DNA from: Anaeramoeba ignava BMAN
Lineage: Eukaryota > Protista > Anaeramoebae
DNA length: 64,000 nt
Direction: 5' to 3'
Assembly: GCA_028826165.1 (NCBI GenBank)
Contig: JAPDFW010000070.1
Location: 806,001-870,000 of the forward strand
In this document: piece after piece, positions 24,489 through 34,400 of the stretch
Layout: each line of letters opens with the position of its first letter
Position numbering within the stretch: the stretch's first letter is position 1
Made by a program: the position numbers and the translations under genes
Notes under the pieces: model-generated
Told to the model about the DNA's origin: nothing
What the model saw: only the letters and a program-made list of their open reading frames with translations
Databases searched by the model: none

Positions 24489-27400
24489 GTTTTGATTTTG
24501 ATTTTGATTTTGATTTTGATTTTGATTTTGATTTTGATTTTGATTTTGATTTTGATTTTGATTTTGATTTTGATTTTGATTTTGATTTTGATTTTGATTT
24601 CTTCTCTCATGATTGTCTCTTATTCTATTCAACCGATATTGAAGTGATTCCTTGAAATTACTTTTTGGATTTTGTAATTTTGATTTTGGTTCTTCAAAAA
24701 GATTTTCATTAGAAGGTTTCAATGGAATATTTTTTGGGAAAAGCTCCTCCAAATCATTATCCCATCTACTCTTCCCAAAAGAAATTTGAGAATTTTTCTT
24801 TACATTATCTTCAAAAAGATTGCCATTTTTATCAACTTCATCTAAGGTTTCCAGCATTGCAAATCTGCGGGATTTTGCAAGTTTTGTTAAAGAGCGAAGA
24901 TGTTCTGTTTCTATTTTGGGGAGATTTTCAACAGAATGGGATAATTCTTCAGTAACTTTTTCCAAATCAGTTTGAGTATAAAGAAACAAATCTTGGACAT
25001 TTCCTGTTGGACAATAAAATCCAAACACATATGAGTATTTCAATGCGTATCGGTTATCCACTAATGCATCCAAAGCCTCAAGAATAGACAAAACCCGAAA
25101 ATATAAAGGGTCTTTTTTCCGCATTTTTTTGATATCTTGAGACACTCTGTTATAGAAATTTTTTTCGAATCCTAGTGAAGTATTGTGGTTTTTGTATCTT
25201 TGAAAATGATGCTGAAATCTACGAATACTTTCTTGATCTTTTTCAAGTTCTTTCTTTAATCGTGTTTCATTTTTTTTCGCATCTTCGAAACGATTACAGT
25301 TATGTGTTACTGTGAAATCTCTTAATAAGAATCGTTTATTACCATCAACAGTGATTCCATAAAATTCCCCAATTCCATTATGTTTCTCAACTTGGAAATG
25401 ATATATCTCTTCTTCTCGTATTTTGATATATGGATTTTCCAACCGATTTTTAAATTGATAAATTTTCAAATAATTCTTTGTCTGAGTTGGTAATAACAGA
25501 TAATTTTTGATCGAAAGCTTGAAATAGCAGTTTTCTTCTGATAAAATTCTTAGTTCCTTTAAATCTTTTTTATTTTTTGTGAAATCTCTTTCGAATTGCC
25601 AAAAATCATGTGCATCTTGATAACTAACAAAAGCTTTAAGCTCAATATGATTATTGTTTCTGTTTTTGAATTGCACAAGATAATTCACTTCATTTTGATT
25701 TTCAAATTTCAAATCCAACAAATGCTTCTCACTTGCAAAGAAGCTTTTCCCATTTTCTTGAGTAACTTTAAATTTGACTTCTTTAATTTTGATTTTTTGC
25801 AATAGTTGTTGCTCAAAAGAATCCAAATTGGAATTTTCTCTTTTTTTATTAGCCAACTTTCTGATCTTTTCTCCCGAAAGTTTAATTTCAATTGAAGAGT
25901 TTTTATTCTCTATAAACTTGGATTGAGAAAAAATCCCAAGAATTTTTGCCAATAATTGAATATCAAATATTAATGGATTTTGCTTATTCAAATGGAAAAC
26001 GACTTCCTCTTCATTTTGTATTGATCCTATTGAGTCAATCAATCCTAACAAAAAATCTTCTTGAATATTTCGAGAATTGAATAAAAACTCATCTGGAATT
26101 TGATTTTGGGAATTTGAATTGATTTGTGATGCATATATATAAGGATTAGATGATGTTTTTTGAGAAGCAAAATAGGTTCCAACTTGATAACCTGAATGAC
26201 TTGATTTCCAGTTCTTGGATTTATGGAAAAGATAATCATGAACACTAATATCTATTTTATCTCCAAAAATTGCTGTTTGATCTGTTTGAATTAATTTGGG
26301 TAAATAAGTTACAATTTGAAAAAAGCAATTCATGACTTGTGTTTTTTTGTATTCATTTGAAATGTAAGAATCATAAATTTTTTTAAAAGATAAATTTCGA
26401 GATAAAATTGGGAGAACTTCTTCGTTCCATAAATATTCCATTTCTAAATCTAAATCTAAATCTAAATCTAAATCTTGATTTTCAAAATTGTCAACATCAA
26501 AATTTATGCGCATTTTGTCATGTGTTTTTTTATCAAAATAAACAATTTGCCAATAAATTTTGTTTTTGTTCTGGTCAAATTTGAAATCTAAATATGGATT
26601 GGAAGTTAATTTCAAAGAGATGAGATGTGATTCGTTGACAACATATGATTCTTCATTTGATTGAGAAATTTCATATAATTTTCCTTTGCTATGAAAAATA
26701 TCTGTAACAAGTCGGCGATTATTTTTAAAATTTTTGGAATCTCCAATTAAAAAATCCCCAACTTTAATATTCTGAATTTCTTGAATTTTTAATTGATTAT
26801 TTTTTGAGACTAATAATTTAGTTCCATAAGCAAGACAATTATAATATGAAGTATGACCTGCCCAGTTTCCTAAGCAAACCCAACAAAACTCATGTTTACA
26901 TTTTGGACAAGTCATATGACTAAGCACAAAAAAAATTTTATTCAAAGTGAATAATTTAATTTAATACAATGCAATAAAACATTTTGATTTTTGATTAATT
27001 AGAGTTAAATTACTTGCAACCTCCGTTTTTTTCTATTAATGTTTTACATTCTGGACATGGCTTTGTATTTTGAGTTATCCAAATTTCAGTTTGTTGATCA
27101 CTTACACCTTCATTAATTTTAATTTTCCATTCTTTTACTTGTTCACAATTTGCAGGACCATGAGGTTCATCATTACAAAGCACACTAACAAATTTTTTGA
27201 ATAAATATTTAAATATTTGAATAAATAATAAATAAATTTTTAAACAAATATTTAAACAAATATTAAATAAATAATAAATAAATTTTTAAATAAATATTAA
27301 ATAAATATTTGAATAAATATTTAAATAAATATTTAAATAAATTTTTAAATAAATATTTAAATAAATATTTGAATAAATTTTTTTATTACCAAAAACGATG

Positions 27401-29206
27401 TCCACATTCACATTTAGCCATACTCAAATATAATTGAGATGGTTGAATAACTCTATCACAACCAGGAGCAGGACACCATTTCACAAACGGATTTTCATCC
27501 ACAAAAGATTTTGCTTGAAAAGATTGAAACTTTTGAAATAATTGATTGTCAACAATTGATTTTATAAATTCTTCATGAACTTTTTCATCACATTTATATC
27601 CAGGACAAGGAATAGCATTTACCTAAATAAAAGAAAGAAAGAAAGATATATAAAGCAAGATAGATAAATATAAATATGAATATAAATAAAATAATTCATT
27701 TTCATTTTTGAATTATTATAATCACTTGTGCTTCTTTAATCCGTTGAGTTAAGTATTCCTTCCAACAATTTTTGCAGAAATAATGTCCACAAGTAAGAGC
27801 AAGTAAATTAGATTGATCATCTTCATAACTCTCTTGACAAATTGGACAAATAACATTAGGAATTCTTTGATTTGATACTTTTTTATTAACTTCATATTTA
27901 ATTCCAGCTTTTTTACAAGTTGTATAAGGTTCTTTAAAATATCTTTAAAATAAATAATTAAATAATTAAATAAATAAATATTTAAATAATTAAATAAATA
28001 ATTAAATAAATAATTAAATAAATAATTAAATAATTAATAAATAAATAATTAATATTTCATTCAATTTATAAATTTATAAATTTACTCTATCAGAAGTTTT
28101 TCTTGATTCCAGTTAAATGCTCTTAATAATAAAAGGCAATCATCTTGTGATCTTTGAACAACTTCTGAAACTTGGAAAATCATTTTTTTTTGCTTTTTAA
28201 AAATATCTTTTTCTGTAAGAAATTTTTTGGATTTTCTTGTTTTAGGTTGTGCTAAAAAAGATAAATCATCATCTTCAAGATTTCCTGGTGTTTCAGTGCT
28301 TTCATTCATCTATTGTAAATTGATATAATTTATTTATTAATTTATTAATTAATTTTTTTTGTTTCAAATTTTCCATTATTTTTTTTTGGAAAATAAACTT
28401 CTTCTTTTTCTGATGAATCTTCCAATTCAATTTCATTTTCATTTTCATTTTCATTTTCTATTTCAATTTCATTAATATTTTCATTTTCATTTTCATTTTC
28501 ATCATCAATTTTATCATGTATTTCTTCATCTGATTCTGTATTTCCCCAAAAATCTTCAATTTTTTTCTTTTTCTTTTTAATTTTTTTTTCTAATCGATTT
28601 TCTATTTGATTTTCTAAATCATTTTGTTGGTTATTTTGGTTTCCTTGAATAATTTTGAGTTCATTTTCTTTTTCTTGATTCTAAAATCAAAATTAAATTT
28701 AAAATCAAAATTAAAAATTAAAATTGAAATCAAAATTGAAATTGAAATCAAAATTGAAATTAAAATCAAAATTGAAATTAAAATTGAAATTAAAATTGAA
28801 ATTTAAAGTCAAATTTAAATTTAAAATTAAAATCAAAATTAAAAATTAAAATTGAAATCAAAATTAAAATTGAAATTAAAATTAAAATTAAATTTAAAAT
28901 CAAAATTAAAAATTAAAATTAAAATTAAAATTAAAATTAAAATTAAAATTAAAATTAAAATTAAAATCAAAATTAAAATTGAAATTAAATTTAAAATTAA
29001 ATTTAAAATTGATTTACTTCATCTTGTTGCTTTTTTTCTTCTTGTTTTCTTTTTGTTCTTTCAAGTTGTTTTTCTTGAATATATAACATTATCATTGGTA
29101 AGTCAAATTCTTCTAATTCTAATTTTTTAATTGCTCGTCTTGATCTATGTGTTGAAATTCCCATTCTTTTTAATAAATAAATAGCACTTGGTTTTTGTAA
29201 ATCCAT
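24456..29206 (-). CDS. ARIH1: Ariadne-family RBR E3 ubiquitin ligase (UBA-like, acidic, RING1-IBR-RING2-Ariadne) with an in-frame intein; exons ~29206-29018, 28680-28399, 28309-28086, 27942-27726, 27622-27390, 27184-27014, 26919-24456
   Basis: [13 protein letters not shown]; RING1 CPIC...[16 protein letters not shown]...CPGYKC; [11 protein letters not shown]...CECGHRFCVLC...PHGPANC; RING2 [42 protein letters not shown]|CNRF; Ariadne domain [12 protein letters not shown]...[10 protein letters not shown]...[12 protein letters not shown]. Confidence 0.92.
25299..26837 (-). mobile_element. Intein, 513 aa (Hint domain plus degenerate LAGLIDADG homing endonuclease), inserted in Ariadne RING2
   Basis: Block [10 protein letters not shown]; IKVGDFLIG; block [12 protein letters not shown]; block E-like [10 protein letters not shown]; block H-like [11 protein letters not shown]; blocks [24 protein letters not shown] followed by Cys+1. 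Removing the 1539 nt restores the conserved YYN-CNRF. Confidence 0.96.
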
Positions 29207-29289
29207 TTTAAAATTAAAATTAAAATAAAATTAAAACAAGAAAATTAAAAAATAAATCAAAAAAAATGAAAAAAATGAAAAAAATTTTT

Positions 29290-30380
29290 TGGATTTTTAT
29301 TAAAATTAAAATTAAAATTAAAATTAAAATTAAAATTGAAATTAAAATTAAAATTAAAATTAAAATTAAAATTAAAATTGATATTAAAATTAATTTAAAA
29401 TTAAAATTGATATTAAAATTAAAATTAAAATTAAAATTGAAATTAAAATTAAAAAATTAAAATTAAAATTAAAAAATTAAAATTAAAATTGAAATTAAAA
29501 TTAAAATTAAAATTAAAATTAAAATTAAAATTAAAATTGAAATTAAAATTAAAATTAAAATTAAAATTAAAATTAAAATTAAAATTAAAATTAAAATTAA
29601 AATTAAAATTGAAATTAAAATTAAAATTAAAATTGAAATTAAAATTAAAATTGAAATTGAAATTAAAATTAAAAATTAAAATTAAAATTAAAATTAAAAT
29701 TAAAATTAAAATTAAAATTAAAATTAAAAATTAAAATTAAAATTAAAATTAAAATTAAAATTAAAATTAAAATTAAAATTAAAATTAAAATTAAAATTAA
29801 AATTGAAATTGATAAAATTAAAATTAAAATTAAAATTAAAATTAAAATTAAAATTAAAATTAAAATTAAAATTAAAATTGAAATTAAAATTGAAATTAAA
29901 ATTAAAATTAAAATTTATTAAAATTGAAATTAAAATTAAAATTAAAATTAAAATTGAAATTAAAATTGAAATTGAAATTAAAATTAAAATTAAAATTGAA
30001 ATTGATATTAAAATTAAAATTGAAATTAAAATTAAAATTAAAATTAAAATTAAAATTAAAATTAAAATTAAAATTAAAATTAAAATTAAAATTGAAATTA
30101 AAATTGAAATTGAAATTAAAATTAAAATTAAAATTAAAAATTAAAATTGAAATTGAAATTAAAATTAAAATTAAAATTGAAATTGAAATTAAAATTAAAA
30201 TTAAAATTAAAATTAAAATTAAAATTGAAATTAAAATTGAAATTAAAATTAAAATTAAAATTAAAATTAAAATTAAAATTAAAATTAAAATTGAAATTAA
30301 AATTGAAATTAAAATTGAAATTAATTTAAAATTGAAATTGAAATTAAAATTGAAATTAAAATTGAAATTAAAATCTAAAT
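29290..30380. repeat. Hexamer microsatellite (AAAATT/GAAATT)n, intergenic
   Basis: Visible directly. Confidence 0.95.
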
Positions 30381-30391
30381 GGAATTCGAAA

Positions 30392-31198
30392 TTAATCAAC
30401 AATATCATAAGAAATCCGAGTAACTGATTTTTTTTGATTAATTTTCTTAATAACAAGTTTTCCAATTTCACCAATATGTTCAACATGAGTACCACCACAA
30501 ATATTTCCTTTAAAATCACCAATTGAAACAACTTGAACAGGATCAAAAAAAACAGTTTGAGGAACTGAATAGCAAACTTCTGGAAGTTTATCTTTACTGA
30601 CAATTTGGCGATGAAGAACAAGTTTATTAGCAATAGCTTCATCAATTGCATTTTGGATTTTTGAAATAATTTGATCTCTTTGAGTTTGGAGATTTTCAAT
30701 TACTCCTTCAAATTCAACAAAGCATTGCTTTGGATAATGATTTCCTTTAAAACCTACTATTGGCAACTTGAGACCTTCTGTTACAATAGAAGAGAGTAAA
30801 TGACCCGCACTGTGTAATCTTGAATTCAATTCTCTTCTATCTTTATCAATTTGTAAATTCACCTTTTGATTTTCTTTAAAAATTAGTTGTTCATTTTTAA
30901 GTGTTCCAAGATGATAAATAGAATTTTGTTGTAGATCCGCTATAACTTCTTGTACTATAAATTCTGCTTGTAAATTCGGATCACTCTCTTCAAGTGATGT
31001 TATTTTCCCAATGTCATTCGGTTGTCCTCCTCCTTTGGCATGAAATATTGTGTCTTCAAGTTCAATCCGATAAAATTGTGTTCCTTTTTTTATTTCATCT
31101 TTTTTGAAGGAAACTACTTTTGTTTCAAATGTAAATAGTTTCGGTTCAAATAGATATTTTACTTCGTTTAATTTTTTTGCTTTTATGCTTTCATTCAT
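30392..31198 (-). CDS. Free-standing alanyl-tRNA editing protein (AlaX, AlaX-M type)
   Basis: LEDTIFHAKGGGQPNDIG, zinc motifs HSAGH and CGGTHV, C-terminal RISY. Intronless. Confidence 0.92.
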   Translation of the reverse strand: MNESIKAKKLNEVKYLFEPKLFTFETKVVSFKKDEIKKGTQFYRIELEDTIFHAKGGGQPNDIGKITSLEESDPNLQAEFIVQEVIADLQQNSIYHLGTLKNEQLIFKENQKVNLQIDKDRRELNSRLHSAGHLLSSIVTEGLKLPIVGFKGNHYPKQCFVEFEGVIENLQTQRDQIISKIQNAIDEAIANKLVLHRQIVSKDKLPEVCYSVPQTVFFDPVQVVSIGDFKGNICGGTHVEHIGEIGKLVIKKINQKKSVTRISYDIVD

Positions 31199-31444
31199 AT
31201 TTTTAAAATCTTTTTTTAATAAATGAAAAAAATGAAAAAATGAAAAATGAAAAAATATTTTTTTCCGTTTTTTTTAATCTAAATTAAATCAAATTTAAAA
31301 CAAGATTTAATTATTTTTTTAATTTAAAATGTTTTTTTAATACTTTTTTCTTGTAAATGCCAAATCAAAATTAAATGTTTTTTTTATAAATTTTTTTCAT
31401 TTTTTTCATTTTTCATTTTTTTCATTTTTTTCATTTCTTTTAAA

Positions 31445-34400
31445 ATGACTTCCGAATTTTCCAAACGATCAATTCAAAGAAGAGGAAAATATAAAAAGAA
31501 AATAGATCCTTCAGAAAACCGAATGAAAAGACAAGAATTTGTTGTAAAATTAAGCAAATCAAAACGTGAACAAGAATTTATGAAAAGACGAAATTTTACA
31601 GAAATAACAATAAAAAAAAAAGATAAAAATGAAAAAAAACTAGAACAAGTAATAAATAAATAAAAAAATAAAATAAAAAATAAAAGATAAAAAAAAAAAA
31701 TTTTTTTTTATCAATTTTGCGTCAATTTTTTATTTTGAATTTAGTTACCTTCTTTTGTTGAAATGGTTAGATCTACTGATATTAGAACTGCTTATCGTGG
31801 TCTTGTTAAAATTAGAAAGTTATTATCTGTTGAACAAAATCCTCCTATTCAACAAGTTATTGATACCCAAATTCTTCCACTTATTATAACTTTTCTTGAT
31901 TCAAATAATGAGGATTTTCAGGTTTTTATTCTTTTCATTCTTTTTATTTTTTTCCCAAATTATTTCAAGAAGCAAATAATGAACAAAAATTTAAACAAAA
32001 ATTTATAAATCAATTTATAAAACAATTTATACAAAAATTTATAAAACAATTTATAAAACAATTTATAAAACAATTTATAAAACAATTTATTAAACAATTT
32101 ATTAAATAATTTATTCAACAATTTATAAATCAATTTATTAATCAATTTATTAAACAATTTATAAAACAATTTATAAAACAATTTATAAAACAATTTATTA
32201 AAATAATTTATAAAACAATTTATTAAACAATTTATAAAACAATTTATTAAATAATTTATTAAATAATTTAAAATCAATTTATTAATCAATTTATTAAACA
32301 ATTTATAAAATAATTTATAAACAATTTATTAAACAATTTATAAAATAATTTATAAAACAATTTATTAAACAATTTATTAAATAATTTATAAAACAATTTA
32401 TAAATCAATTTATTAAAATTTATTAAAGTTAATTTATTAAATAATTTATAAAATAATTTATTAAACAATTTTAAACAATTTATAAAACAATTTATAAAAC
32501 AATTTATTAAACAATTTTATAAACAATTTATTCAAAAATTTAATTTATTAAACAATTTATAAATCAATTTATTAAACAATTTATTCAAAAATTTAATTTA
32601 TAAAACAATTTATTAAACAATTTATAAATCAATTTATTAAACAATTTATTCTTAAAACAATTTATTAAACAATTTATAAAAAAAACAATTTATTAAACAA
32701 TTTTATTAATCAATTTTAAATAATTTATTAAACAATTTAAAGTAAATAATTTATTAAAAACAATTTATAAAACAATTTTATTAAATAATTTATTAAACAA
32801 TTTATTAATCAATTTATAAATAATTTATTAAACAATTTATTAATCAATTTATTAAATAATTTATTAAACAATTTATTAAATAATTTATTAAACAATTTAT
32901 TAAATAATTTATTAATCAATTTGATAAATAATTTATTAAATAATTTATTAAATCAATTTTTATAAAACAATTTATTAAACAATTTATTAAACAATTTGAT
33001 AAATAATTTATAAATCAATTTATTAAACAATTTATAAAACAATTTATTAATCAATTTATAAAACAATTTATTAAACAATTTATTAAACAATTTATTAAAC
33101 AATTTATAAAACAATTTATTAAACAATTTATTAAATAATTTATTAAATAATTTATAAAACAATTTATTAAATAATTTATAAAACAATTTATTAAACAATT
33201 TATAAATCAATTTATTAAATAATTTATTAAACAATTTATTAAACAATTTATTAAACAATTTATAAAACAATTTATAAAACAATTTATAAAACAATTTATT
33301 AATCAATTTATTAAACAATTTATTAAACAATTTATAAAAACAATTTATAAAACAATTTATTAAATAATTTTTAAAAAACAATTTATAAAAATAATTTATT
33401 AAATAATTTTATAAAACAATTTAAAAAAAAATTTATAAAACAATTTATAAAACAATTTATAAAACAATTTATTAAACAATTTATTAAACAATTTATAAAA
33501 CAATTTATTAAATAATTTATAAAACAATTTATTAAACAATTTATAAAATAATTTATTAAATAATTTATTAAACAATTTATTAAATAATTTATTAAATAAT
33601 TTATTAAATAATTTAAAATAAAAATTTATTAATCAATTTATTAATCAATTTATTAATCAATTTATTAATCAATTTATTAATCAATTTATTAATCAATTTA
33701 TTAAATAATTTATTAAACAATTTATTAAATAATTTATTAATCAATTTATTAAACAATTTATAAAAATTTATAAAATAATTTATAAAACAATTTATTAAAA
33801 CAATTTATTAAACAATTTATTAAACAATTTATTAAATAATTTATTAAATCAATTTATAAAATAATTTATAAAACAATTTATAAAACAATTTATAAAACAA
33901 TTTATAAAACAATTTATTAATCAATTTATTAATAATTTATTAAATAATTTATTAAATAATTTATAAATCAATTTATTAAAAATTTATAAAACAATTTATT
34001 AAAAAATTTATAAAATAATTTATTAAATAATTTTAAAAAAACAATTTATTAAATAATTTATAAAACAAATTATTAAATAATTTATTAAACAATTTATTAA
34101 ACAATTTATAAATCAATTTATTAAATAATTTATTAAACAATTTATTAAACAATTTTATTAAACAATTTATTAAACAATTTATTAAACAATTTATTAAACA
34201 ATTTATTAAATAATTTATTAAACAATTTATTAAATAATTTATTAAACAATTTATAAAACAAATTTATAAAACAATTTATTAAACAATTTATTAAATCAAT
34301 TTATAAATCAATTTATAAATCAATTTATTAAATAATTTATAAAACAATTTATAAATCAATTTATTAAATAATTTATTAAACAATTTATAAAATAATTTAT

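Noticed and set aside
25299-26837. Insert as a spliceosomal or self-splicing intron, or as a Hedgehog-type Hint domain
   Set aside because: It is an open frame in phase with both flanks, lacks GT-AG ends, has both Cys1 and His-Asn/Cys+1 termini plus an endonuclease remnant, and interrupts a conserved domain.
30392-31198. AlaX as a recent bacterial transfer
   Set aside because: Being intronless is not enough, composition matches the host, and AlaX-type proteins occur in many eukaryotes; a phylogeny would be needed.
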